From: Candidatus Nomurabacteria bacterium
GTDB taxonomy: Bacteria; Patescibacteriota; Minisyncoccia; Phycocordibacterales; CAIZLB01
Assembly: GCA_943356525.1 (NCBI GenBank)
Contig: CALRFG010000002.1
Span: 27,783 to 91,782 of the forward strand
Length of the DNA stretch: 64,000 nucleotides
Reading direction: 5' to 3'
Shown here: piece after piece, positions 9,989 to 18,486 of the stretch
Layout: the number at the start of each line of letters is the position of its first letter
Numbering within the stretch: the stretch's first letter is position 1
Program-made: the position numbers and the translations under genes
Notes under the pieces: model-generated
What the model saw: only the letters and a program-made list of their open reading frames with translations
What the model was told of the DNA's origin: nothing
Database searches by the model: none

Positions 9989-11038
9989 TCAACAATGCTA
10001 CAATTTTTATATATGGAAAATTCAAATATCACAACAGTAACAAAAACAAAAAAAACAGGTCTTATATTATTACTTATCTCAATCGGTCTTTCTATTTTTT
10101 CAGGTATTGGTTTAGCGATGTACTCACTTTCTAGAGGCTGTGGATATGACCGTTCATTTTTTATATGTTCTGGTATAGGTATAATATTTTATATTGTATT
10201 TTTTATAAATTTAATATTAATTATAATTTCTATTGCACAATTGATAAAACCCTTTTTTGCTGAAAGTTTAATTAAAAAAGTTTTAATCTTATATTTCTTT
10301 ATTATTTTATTAGTGGTAGTTTTTGATTTTTTTGGTCAAAGTTTAAAATCAACTGAAAGAGAGTGTTCGGTTGTTGATTTGTATGATAAAAAATCTTCAG
10401 GATCTTGTTATTTTAAACTTGCGCAAAATGAAAATGATATTTCATATTGTAGTAAAGCTGGTGAATACGAGGCAAGTTGTAATAAAGTAATGGCTAGTAA
10501 AACAAAAGATGTTTCTTATTGTGAAGACCAAAAGTGTATTAAAGATATTAATACAGAAAAAACTTTTGAAAATCTACAAATAGTTATTGAACCAATAGAA
10601 GGGAATCAGATAAGTAAAAATACTAAAAATTCAAAAATAGCAAAAGTTAAAATTGTCTCTAAAAATTATGATGGATGGATTTCATGGATAAGTTTTGGTG
10701 GATCTTCGAATATGACTTCTCTTATAACCTCAGGCAGTATAAAGTTTTATGATGAAAAGGGAAAATTAGTATTCTTTAGTGATGGTGCTAGTAATTTAGG
10801 CATAGATATAAAACCTAATACTACAAAATATTTAACAATATTTGCTGATACTGGCGGCATTAACGGTACTGTAAGTTTGGAATTAGACCCAATTGTTAGT
10901 GTATACAATCCAGACAGTCAAACTTTCAAAAATTTTAATAAATATAATTTAAAAGCAAATAATTTTGTAGGAATACCTGAAGGTTATACGCAACAACCAA
11001 CTCACTTGAGAAGTAAGGTTGAGCTCAATATTAGATAG
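9938..11038 (+). CDS. multi-TM membrane protein with Cys-rich extracytoplasmic domain; true start probably ATG 10013 (or 9995)
   Basis: N-terminal extension of track ORF runs through repeat R1; paralogous to 12959..13681. Confidence 0.6.
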   Translation: MWFQLKPPNQLERARGASTMLQFLYMENSNITTVTKTKKTGLILLLISIGLSIFSGIGLAMYSLSRGCGYDRSFFICSGIGIIFYIVFFINLILIIISIAQLIKPFFAESLIKKVLILYFFIILLVVVFDFFGQSLKSTERECSVVDLYDKKSSGSCYFKLAQNENDISYCSKAGEYEASCNKVMASKTKDVSYCEDQKCIKDINTEKTFENLQIVIEPIEGNQISKNTKNSKIAKVKIVSKNYDGWISWISFGGSSNMTSLITSGSIKFYDEKGKLVFFSDGASNLGIDIKPNTTKYLTIFADTGGINGTVSLELDPIVSVYNPDSQTFKNFNKYNLKANNFVGIPEGYTQQPTHLRSKVELNIR

Positions 11039-11055
11039 TATTTTGTCACTTTTTG

Positions 11056-11156
11056 ACTCGCTCAAGTACCATCAAAATAACACCTTTAAATTATTATAAA
11101 TAACATTACAGGGTATAGAACCATACGGTTCTAACTCAACACATCTAACCAACATG
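11056..11156 (+). repeat. array repeat R2 (long form, 3' end truncated)
   Basis: ~95% identical to R1 over CTCGCTCAAGTACCATCAAAATAACA...TTACAGGGTATAG. Confidence 0.75.
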
Positions 11157-11184
11157 TTTTCGCCTTATTTTTCAATATATTTTA

Positions 11185-11237
11185 TTGAGGTATATTGGAC
11201 GCTTGAACTTATTGTATAAAGTGCTATTATTTAATAA
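11185..11237 (+). promoter_or_regulatory. conserved promoter/5' module type 2
   Basis: GGACG..TTGAAC...TGTATAAAGTGCTATTATTTAATAA-ATG; near-identical copy at 12908-12958. Confidence 0.5.
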
Positions 11238-11624
11238 ATGAATACACAAAAAGGCTTTGCACCTATTTTAATAATTTTAGGGATTATTATCGGATTTTTA
11301 GTTATAAGCGGAACAGTCATTTTTTTAAATACCACATCAAATCAAAATCTTGAGCAAAACCCTAATAAGCCTATTGTTTCTAAAGTTAAATTCACTGCAC
11401 CAAGTGGTAAAGTCCTAGGTGGATATATAGTAGATTTTAAAACAGATACCGATCCTTCAATTGAATACAAAGTAATTTTAAGAAATAAACTCTTACCATT
11501 GTTTGGTGACGAAGATAAGAGTGCAGATTATGATTCAGAGTCTCTTTCAAAGTATTTGTTGAATACTGATATTGAAAATTATAAAATCGATGAGGGAGTT
11601 CCTACTCAACCTTTGTTTTTTTGA
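11238..11624 (+). CDS. pilin-like N-terminal protein (MNTQKGF...), 5' part of gene split by poly-T frameshift
   Basis: ORF ends at TGA just after T7 run 11616-11622; downstream ORF continues in +1 frame. Confidence 0.55.
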   Translation: MNTQKGFAPILIILGIIIGFLVISGTVIFLNTTSNQNLEQNPNKPIVSKVKFTAPSGKVLGGYIVDFKTDTDPSIEYKVILRNKLLPLFGDEDKSADYDSESLSKYLLNTDIENYKIDEGVPTQPLFF

Positions 11625-11967
11625 TTACCAGATACCAGTCGCTGATTTTCTGTCATACATTTATGGTCTTAATGAAAACATTCTTATTCCCAATAAGGAT
11701 AGATTTGAAAATGAAGATTGGATACTAAGTGTCCCCGAAGATCAGCGAGAAGATGCAAAGAAACAGTATTCACAAATAAAAAAATATGAAAATTATAAAA
11801 CTGACGTAAATTTATCGGATTTATCAAAATCATTTTATGTTGAAGTTCAGAAAATAAAAGGAGGTGCTGTTATTGATACTATGTACAGTGATTTATTTGA
11901 AATTGACAGAAAATTTTGTAACTTAAATCAGACAGTTTGGAGTAACAGGTGTAATTTCACAGAATAG
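11572..11967 (+). pseudogene. 3' continuation of 11238 gene in shifted frame (single ~243-aa gene if one T added or removed)
   Basis: frames join as ...PLFF|DYQIPVADFL across the T7 tract. Confidence 0.45.
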
Positions 11968-11977
11968 TAAAAATTCT

Positions 11978-12057
11978 TTCTCCTCGTATCAAACAGGTTC
12001 TAACATCGTCCAAGAGGCCCAACCAACATGAGCTAGCACGAGGTGCGTGTATTTTAC
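11978..12057 (+). repeat. array repeat R3 (variant B)
   Basis: TCAAACAGGTTCTAAC..GTCCAAGAGGCCCAACCAACATGAGCTAGCACGAGGTGCG. Confidence 0.7.
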
Positions 12058-12058
12058 A

Positions 12059-12089
12059 TTAATAAAATCTACTGTATAATTATTTATAT
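12059..12089 (+). promoter_or_regulatory. conserved promoter/5' module type 1 (second copy)
   Basis: TTAATAAAATCTACTGTATAATTATTTATAT-ATG, same as 8289-8326. Confidence 0.55.
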
Positions 12090-12725
12090 ATGAAAAATAA
12101 AAACCGAGGATTTATAGCTCCTTTATTAATTATTATAATAGTGTTTATAGTAATTGCTGGTGGATTTTACTATTATTTTTTAAAAAACAAGAATCAACAA
12201 AACATCATTAATAATACCAATACAGATATTTCCTCTTTTGTTCCATCAAATATAAATGAGATTAAATTTGATAAGATTCAATACTTGTCTGCTAATGATC
12301 AAGGTTTTATTCTAAGGGGACTAGTTTATTTTAACGTAATTGGACAAGAATCAACCTCTACAAAAACTAGTGACGGAAATCTGTTGACGGTGGCCACACC
12401 GATTGTATTAATTGTTTTTGAATGTGCTAAAGAAAGTTCAACCATTTGTCAGAAATATTTAACTGACGGTATTGTAAAAAATAATCAGGATATGATTCAA
12501 AAAGAATTAACAATTTCCAATAAAAATATATCGTATTTTGAATTTAAGAAAATAAGCACAGATAGTTTTGTTAAACAAAGTGCAGGTCTCGTAAACACGG
12601 ATTCGACAACTTATGTTTGGTGTGAGGGTAAATTTTGTTTTCAAGTTCTTTCATATTATAAATTTGATATAATTACAAAAGATTTTGTAAATGGGGTTAT
12701 TGACACATATTCAAAAATAAAATAA
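12090..12725 (+). CDS. pilin-like N-terminal (MKNKNRGF) secreted protein
   Basis: same first four codons ATG AAA AAT AAA as 8327 gene; hydrophobic anchor. Confidence 0.65.
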   Translation: MKNKNRGFIAPLLIIIIVFIVIAGGFYYYFLKNKNQQNIINNTNTDISSFVPSNINEIKFDKIQYLSANDQGFILRGLVYFNVIGQESTSTKTSDGNLLTVATPIVLIVFECAKESSTICQKYLTDGIVKNNQDMIQKELTISNKNISYFEFKKISTDSFVKQSAGLVNTDSTTYVWCEGKFCFQVLSYYKFDIITKDFVNGVIDTYSKIK

Positions 12726-12778
12726 TTAATATTTTTTTTATTGGTAAAATTTGATATGGTGTCACAATTAATTTTCCC

Positions 12779-12876
12779 CTCGCTCAAGTACCATCAAAAT
12801 AACACCTTTAAATTATTATAGACAACCTTACAGGGTATAGAACCACACGGTTCCAGCTCAGACCACCTAGCACGAG
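12779..12876 (+). repeat. array repeat R4 (long form with internal 13-nt deletion in trailer)
   Basis: CTCGCTCAAGTACCATCAAAATAACACCTTTAAATTATTATAGACAACCTTACAGGGTATAGAACCACACGGTTCCAGCTCAGACCACCTAGCACGAG. Confidence 0.75.
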
Positions 12877-12907
12877 ATTTGGAGCTTATTTTAGCCTTTT
12901 AATATTT

Positions 12908-12958
12908 CATCCGTCTTGGACGGTGGAACTTTTTGCATAAAGTGTTATTATTTAATCA
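12908..12958 (+). promoter_or_regulatory. conserved promoter/5' module type 2 (second copy)
   Basis: GGACGGTGGAACTTTTTGCATAAAGTGTTATTATTTAATCA-ATG. Confidence 0.5.
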
Positions 12959-13681
12959 ATGAACAAACAAAAAAATATATTATTGATATTCTTCGTAATC
13001 GGTTTATTTATTAATTTATTTATTCCGTATGATATCTTTACTGATTTTAGTTTTGTTCCTGTTATATATTTTTCCATCATATTGATATGGGGTTCTATTT
13101 TAATTGTAAAATCGGATGAAATTAGAACAGCTAAAATATCAAAATTAACTTTGTTTACCATTTCAACATATTTTGCTTCACTTGCATCATTTTATTATCT
13201 TGGAAGGACAAGTTGGGGTAATGGTGAACCTATGTTAAATTTTTTAGCCACAACCCTTATAAGCTTAATTATATTTGTCGTTTTTTTAATAATAATGGGA
13301 AGAAAAAAGGCAAATGCGCAATCACCTACATCTGGTAATAAATTTTTTTCTAACTTATATTTAATCATTATCATTTTATTAAGTTATTCTATTGTTAATT
13401 TTGGTGGGGTTATTGGATTAACTGCAATAGCAACAGGTAATTATTCAGTATGTTCAGTTTTACCCACACCTTATGATTACTATGGTATTTTCCAATATTC
13501 TAAATTTGAAGCGCGCTCACAAGGAAGGTGTTTATATGATGTAGCAATAACAAGAAGAGATATTAAGAAGTGTAGTGATGCACCGAGGGAAGATATCGTA
13601 AAGAGGTGTGAAGACAAAATTAATGGAAAAATATCAAACAGTTATAGTTTCTGGAATTTTGTTGGAATTAGTAATAATTAA
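12959..13681 (+). CDS. multi-TM membrane protein with C-terminal Cys-rich domain (paralog of 10013..11038)
   Basis: similar TM + Cys pattern. Confidence 0.6.
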   Translation: MNKQKNILLIFFVIGLFINLFIPYDIFTDFSFVPVIYFSIILIWGSILIVKSDEIRTAKISKLTLFTISTYFASLASFYYLGRTSWGNGEPMLNFLATTLISLIIFVVFLIIMGRKKANAQSPTSGNKFFSNLYLIIIILLSYSIVNFGGVIGLTAIATGNYSVCSVLPTPYDYYGIFQYSKFEARSQGRCLYDVAITRRDIKKCSDAPREDIVKRCEDKINGKISNSYSFWNFVGISNN

Positions 13682-13720
13682 CGCATCATATTAGAGAGTG
13701 GGTATAAAAATTCTATATTA

Positions 13721-13778
13721 TTCTCAGTCAAACAGGTTCTAACGTCCAAGAGGCCCAACCAACATGAGCTAGCACGAG
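13721..13778 (+). repeat. array repeat R5 (variant B)
   Basis: TTCTCAGTCAAACAGGTTCTAACGTCCAAGAGGCCCAACCAACATGAGCTAGCACGAG. Confidence 0.7.
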
Positions 13779-13806
13779 ATGATTCGATATATGATATAAT
13801 CATTTT

Positions 13807-14130
13807 ATGAATGATGTAGAAATATTTTATATATCTTATCTAGTCGGAGCAATTGTCTTTGGAATACTTTTCCTCATTGTAATGCCCATCACTGCTTACA
13901 AGCGTGGCAAAGAGATTGGTAAATCCTGTCAATACAGTTCCATGGGTCTTTCGCTAGGTGGCGCTTTGTTTTTTGGACTAATGATAGGTATCGGCTATCT
14001 AGAGTCAGGACCTTATAACTATACTCACTCAGGATTTGAAGGTGTGATCCCAGGTATAATATCTCTACTTGGCGTTGCAGCAATTTTAGTCGGTATTGTA
14101 TGGAGAGTAATTGTGGGTGTTAGAAAATAA
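13807..14130 (+). CDS. small 3-TM membrane protein
   Basis: 107-aa hydrophobic ORF. Confidence 0.5.
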   Translation: MNDVEIFYISYLVGAIVFGILFLIVMPITAYKRGKEIGKSCQYSSMGLSLGGALFFGLMIGIGYLESGPYNYTHSGFEGVIPGIISLLGVAAILVGIVWRVIVGVRK

Positions 14131-14185
14131 CAATAATTTTTATAAAATACAAAGTGCTCGAGTCGCTTCGACTGGTCTATGCCAG

Positions 14186-14265
14186 AACAGGTCAAACCGA
14201 CCTTACAGGGTTTGACCTGTTAAGGTTCCAGCTCAATTCATCTAACCAACATGAGCTAGCACGAG
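14186..14265 (+). repeat. array repeat R6 (variant C, with perfect 13-bp inverted repeat AACAGGTCAAACC/GGTTTGACCTGTT)
   Basis: CCTTACAGGG...GGTTCCAGCTCAATTCATCTAACCAACATGAGCTAGCACGAG. Confidence 0.7.
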
Positions 14266-14295
14266 TGCTGTTGATTTCTGATATAATTATACTAT

Positions 14296-14829
14296 ATGAA
14301 ATTTTATCTATACCATCGAGTACCTGAAAATATGAAAGGAGACACCTTGTACCCGTTAAATATTTTAAAAGATAAATATCCTGAAATATATGCTTCCGGT
14401 ATTGAAAAATACAAAGGTCGTGAACAAGTAATGGAATGGTTTATTCCAAATCTTAATTGTTTTTGGAATGATGTGATTCATCTTACAGCATTACATCCAA
14501 AAATAGTGAAAGAAGCTCTTGTCGAAGCAGGGTATAAAGGGAATTATATAACAAGGTGTTATGAGATTGATCCCTCAATTCTCACTGTTGAAAATACAAT
14601 CGTGTATCTATATAAAAGTGAACCTGAAGATGGAAAATTTGATCCTGAAAATTTTGTAGAATTTAAACCTAAAGATATTGAACAGTATGCAATAATACCT
14701 CAATCTACAAAAGAACATTATAAAAGAAGTATTGAAAATGGTAAGATGCCCCTTACATTTGCTTGGGTGCCACATATCTTTTTTAAAGGATCAGTTGATG
14801 TTAAAGATTTAAATATAGTACATGACTAG
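14296..14829 (+). CDS. hypothetical cytoplasmic protein
   Basis: 177-aa ORF, no recognisable motif. Confidence 0.5.
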   Translation: MKFYLYHRVPENMKGDTLYPLNILKDKYPEIYASGIEKYKGREQVMEWFIPNLNCFWNDVIHLTALHPKIVKEALVEAGYKGNYITRCYEIDPSILTVENTIVYLYKSEPEDGKFDPENFVEFKPKDIEQYAIIPQSTKEHYKRSIENGKMPLTFAWVPHIFFKGSVDVKDLNIVHD

Positions 14830-14835
14830 TAAGGT

Positions 14836-14864
14836 ACGGTTCCAGCTCAATTCATCTAACCAAC
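14836..14864 (+). repeat. array repeat R7 (fragment)
   Basis: ACGGTTCCAGCTCAATTCATCTAACCAAC. Confidence 0.6.
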
Positions 14865-14932
14865 TGTCACATAATCTAGAGTTAAAAAATGCATAGCATT
14901 TTTGGGACTCAATAAGATGATATAATAAACCC

Positions 14933-15310
14933 ATGATATCCTTTTATGAAAATCATTCACCACAAGAATTTGGTCCTCAAATTCCAAATGAAGAAGAGAT
15001 TATTTCTTTGATTAAAGATTATGGACTATCTTCATCTGAGGCTACGGATACACTTTATATATGGTTAACGAATAAACAAAAAGAACATAATGAGTCTGAA
15101 AGTGTATATTCTCAATTAAAATTTAATATGGAAGTTTCAAATTTATATTTAAAAGCTGGATTGATAGACGAGGCGTATAAGTATTGTAACCAGGCTTGGA
15201 ATTATGTAAATGAATTTAAACTTCGTGGAGATAAGTTTGAAAATGAATTTTTAGATATTTGTAGAAATATTTTAGAGCTAAGTGATAATATAGATAAGAA
15301 ATATTTTTAA
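14933..15310 (+). CDS. hypothetical protein
   Basis: 125-aa ORF. Confidence 0.45.
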   Translation: MISFYENHSPQEFGPQIPNEEEIISLIKDYGLSSSEATDTLYIWLTNKQKEHNESESVYSQLKFNMEVSNLYLKAGLIDEAYKYCNQAWNYVNEFKLRGDKFENEFLDICRNILELSDNIDKKYF

Positions 15311-15344
15311 TATATTGCTTATAATTTTACATACATGATATAAT

Positions 15345-16349
15345 TTGTATATGAAAAAAAATAAAACAATAACAATATTCCTAACTTTACTAGGAATATT
15401 AATCATCCCATTAATTGTCTCTGCCCAAGAGGCCGAGGTAAAAACAGAAGTTGAAATAAAAATAGATACAGCAAAGCCTCAACCACCTCAATCAGAAATT
15501 CGAAACATGAGAGAGGGAGTTAGAAGTGAGGTAAAAGAAATAAGAAAAGATGCTCAAGGCGAGCGTCAAGAAATGAGAAAAGAGAGACGTGATCAAGTAA
15601 TGAATGTACGTGAAAACGCCTCATCAACAAATCAAAGACCTCCGGCAGAATTAAAAGTTTTACGTGAACAAAATAAAACTGAAATAGGCAAGATCCGTAC
15701 AGATTTTTCAGCTTCAATTAAAACAAATAGAGCTAGTACAACAGCTGTTATAAAAGAAAAAAGAGAGGATTTGATAAAAGTTATACAAGAAAAAAGAGAA
15801 TTATTCAAAGAAGAACTGGAAACAAGAAAGGAATTGAGAGCTAGCACAACAGCTTCCATGAAAGTAAAGCTCAAAGAAGGATTAGCTAAAATAAAAGACG
15901 AAAAGAGGAAAATAAGAGTAGAAAGTGTTGTAGAAAATCTAACTGAATTAAATACAAAAATAACAACAAATTCCTCTGAAAAAGTTAATAAAATTGAAGA
16001 AGTTTTGATTTCTATAGAATCACGTGCCGACAAGGCAACTGCGAATAATGTAAATGTTGCAAACGTAAGAGCTCTAATAGCTTTGGCTGAAATAGCTATA
16101 GCTGATGCACGTGCAGCCATAACAGTACAAACAGGTAAAACATATACTATTACTATAGTAGATGATTCAACAGTTAAAACAACAGTACAATCAACACGTG
16201 ATTTATTAAAAAAAGATGTAGATATAATGAAATCTAAGATAAAAGCTGCCCAAGATGCCACAAGAAAAGCTGCAGAGACTCTAAGGTCTATACCAAAAGT
16301 TAATAATGATGTGATTGTAGACCCAATAGCAACAACAACTACAAATTAA
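15345..16349 (+). CDS. secreted Lys/Glu-rich coiled-coil protein (true start ATG 15351)
   Basis: signal peptide; KE-rich repeats; track start is TTG. Confidence 0.6.
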   Translation: MYMKKNKTITIFLTLLGILIIPLIVSAQEAEVKTEVEIKIDTAKPQPPQSEIRNMREGVRSEVKEIRKDAQGERQEMRKERRDQVMNVRENASSTNQRPPAELKVLREQNKTEIGKIRTDFSASIKTNRASTTAVIKEKREDLIKVIQEKRELFKEELETRKELRASTTASMKVKLKEGLAKIKDEKRKIRVESVVENLTELNTKITTNSSEKVNKIEEVLISIESRADKATANNVNVANVRALIALAEIAIADARAAITVQTGKTYTITIVDDSTVKTTVQSTRDLLKKDVDIMKSKIKAAQDATRKAAETLRSIPKVNNDVIVDPIATTTTN

Positions 16350-16370
16350 ATAAAAAAATAAATAAAATAT

Positions 16371-16604
16371 ATGAAAAAAATAGTTATAATAGTAATAATA
16401 ATCTTACTGATAGCAATAACCTGGTTTTCTTGGAACAAAATGAATACAAAAGAGGTCATACAAGAGACTCCTCAACAAGTGCTTGATAAAGCTACACAGG
16501 CTGACACTACTGATGAGATAGAGGTAAAGCTTGATAGTTTAGATACTGATACAAATTCATCAGCAGATTTTGATGGTATTGATGCTGAAATAAAGAGTAT
16601 ATAA
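16371..16604 (+). CDS. small single-TM protein
   Basis: 77 aa, N-terminal TM. Confidence 0.4.
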   Translation: MKKIVIIVIIILLIAITWFSWNKMNTKEVIQETPQQVLDKATQADTTDEIEVKLDSLDTDTNSSADFDGIDAEIKSI

Positions 16605-16635
16605 TTAAGAAATTATAGATAAATCAACAAAAAAA

Positions 16636-16689
16636 AGAGCGCAAGAGAAAATTATTCCTCTTGCGCTTTGGGTTTGGTTGGGTTTTTTT
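16636..16689. terminator. bidirectional terminator between convergent genes
   Basis: GCGCAAGAG...CTCTTGCGC stem flanked by T-runs on both strands. Confidence 0.65.
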
Positions 16690-17264
16690 CATAGTAGGTA
16701 TTTGCTGCGTACGTATTTCAGGTATTCAATTTTTTCTGAGTTATTCAAGTCGAACTTAAACTCTCGACCTGTATAAAGGACAACAGTAAAATTGTCCCAA
16801 GCTCTGGTAATATCTCCACTTTTTGAATAGAAATCAAAAACCAAAGCTTTATACTCAGGACTGTCTTTATTGTAACCTTTAGCTAATGCGTAGTTCTTTG
16901 CAGCTTTACGACTCTTTACAGCCGAACCTGTGTCAACTGCAACGCCAACAATTCTTTCACCTTCTTTATTTTTTCCAACAATAACACTTCCATAAGGAAT
17001 TTTATTTGGATCAACGGCAACAACTTGAAGACCAAGCTTCTTCACTGTTGATATTGGAATAAGAGTTGATGTCTTGCCGGCAGCGCTTTCATGGTCGCAG
17101 GTGTTGTAACTTGTTCCTCGTGCTAGTACCTCTACTTTGTTTATATTGTCAATTTTTGTGGAATTATTTTTTTGTCGGCCACTGGCTTTCCCGCGAGAGA
17201 AAGCACTAGTAGTGATCAGTAAGAAAATGATTCCGATAGTTTGCAGTATTCGTTTATTGTTCAT
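16689..17264 (-). CDS. 3D-domain (MltA-like) cell-wall associated protein
   Basis: VAVDPNKIPYGS...AVDTGSAV 3D-domain motif; signal anchor. Confidence 0.65.
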   Translation of the reverse strand: MNNKRILQTIGIIFLLITTSAFSRGKASGRQKNNSTKIDNINKVEVLARGTSYNTCDHESAAGKTSTLIPISTVKKLGLQVVAVDPNKIPYGSVIVGKNKEGERIVGVAVDTGSAVKSRKAAKNYALAKGYNKDSPEYKALVFDFYSKSGDITRAWDNFTVVLYTGREFKFDLNNSEKIEYLKYVRSKYLL

Positions 17265-17405
17265 GATTGCTGTAATTTGTTCTGGTAATGTCTAAGCCAC
17301 TTAGCCTTGACCTATATAGCTTATCATATTACAGTTTTTTTGTCAAGTTTTGTCAATAGAAATTTATTTACTCAATAAAGTAAATAAATTTTATGATATA
17401 ATTAA

Positions 17406-18401
17406 TTGTATATGCAAAATAGAATTTATATAACAAGACAAATACCATCCATCGGAATAGAAATTTTAAAAGATAAAGGCTATGAAGTTACGGTAGGCAA
17501 AGAAAAAAAACCATTATCACAAAAAGACATAATAAAGATTTTACAAAAAGCTGAGAAAAATGGACAACCATACAACATATTACTCACACTTTTAACAGAT
17601 AATATAGATAAAACTGTATTTGATATAGCACCATCACTTAAAATGATTTCTAACTACGCTATAGGCTATGACAATGTTGATGTAAAAGAAGCATGTCATA
17701 GAGGAATAATGGTTACGAATACACCTGGAGATTATATAGGATCCATAGCAGAGCATGTTGTAGCTATGACATTATCGCTTTGTAATCGTATTGCTGAAGC
17801 AGATCGCTTTGTTAGAATGGGCCGATACAAAGGCTGGGACCCTATGATTATGATAGGGCATGATGTAAGTGATAAAACTATAGGTATTGTAGGTGCGGGG
17901 CGTATAGGAGCTAAAGTCGCTTATACTTTCAATAAAGGTTTTGGTTGTCCTATAGTGTATTTTGACCAAAACAAAAATGACTCAATTGAGCATGATTGTG
18001 GGGCAAAAAGAGTTGAAAGTCTCGATGAATTATTAAAACAGTCTGATATCGTATCTTTACATGTACCTCTTAACGATCAAACTCATCATATGGTCAATAA
18101 AAGCTTCATTTCTAAAATGAAATCTGATTCTTTTATTATAAACACGTCCCGAGGTGCTGTTATTGATGAAAAATATTTATATGAAGCGCTCAAAGAAAAT
18201 AAAATTGCAGGGGCAGGTTTAGATGTATTCGAGTTCGAACCAAAAGTTACAAAAGGTTTAACAAAGCTTGGAAATGTTATACTTACTCCGCACATAGCCT
18301 CAGCTAGTATAAAAGCGAGAGACATTATGGCAAGAGTCGCGGCACAAAATATTATTGATTTCGTTGAGGGGAAAAATATGATCAATAGTTGTGTAAAATA
18401 A
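17406..18401 (+). CDS. D-isomer specific 2-hydroxyacid dehydrogenase (true start ATG 17412)
   Basis: GIVGAGRIGAKVA NAD fold and family similarity. Confidence 0.8.
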   Translation: MYMQNRIYITRQIPSIGIEILKDKGYEVTVGKEKKPLSQKDIIKILQKAEKNGQPYNILLTLLTDNIDKTVFDIAPSLKMISNYAIGYDNVDVKEACHRGIMVTNTPGDYIGSIAEHVVAMTLSLCNRIAEADRFVRMGRYKGWDPMIMIGHDVSDKTIGIVGAGRIGAKVAYTFNKGFGCPIVYFDQNKNDSIEHDCGAKRVESLDELLKQSDIVSLHVPLNDQTHHMVNKSFISKMKSDSFIINTSRGAVIDEKYLYEALKENKIAGAGLDVFEFEPKVTKGLTKLGNVILTPHIASASIKARDIMARVAAQNIIDFVEGKNMINSCVK

Positions 18402-18412
18402 TATAAAAAAGT

Positions 18413-18448
18413 AGCTTATCCAAGAAAAGGTAAGCTTTTTTTATTTTA
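18413..18448 (+). terminator. rho-independent terminator
   Basis: AGCTTA/TAAGCT stem + T-run. Confidence 0.55.
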
Positions 18449-18486
18449 TTTCTGAAGATAAAAAAAATATGCTACAATAAAGCAAT

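Noticed and set aside
9938-10012. N-terminal 25 codons of track ORF 9938..11038
   Set aside because: This segment is the 3' end of repeat R1 (identical to other intergenic copies). The real start is likely ATG 10013 or 9995.
8189-14870. CRISPR array as explanation for the regular repeats
   Set aside because: Repeats are ~60-115 nt, separated by whole genes (~0.4-1.5 kb) rather than 30-40 nt spacers, and are tRNA-derived. No cas genes.
15632-16261. 209-aa antisense ORF opposite the K/E-rich coiled-coil gene
   Set aside because: Mirror ORF of a low-complexity repetitive gene. No start context.
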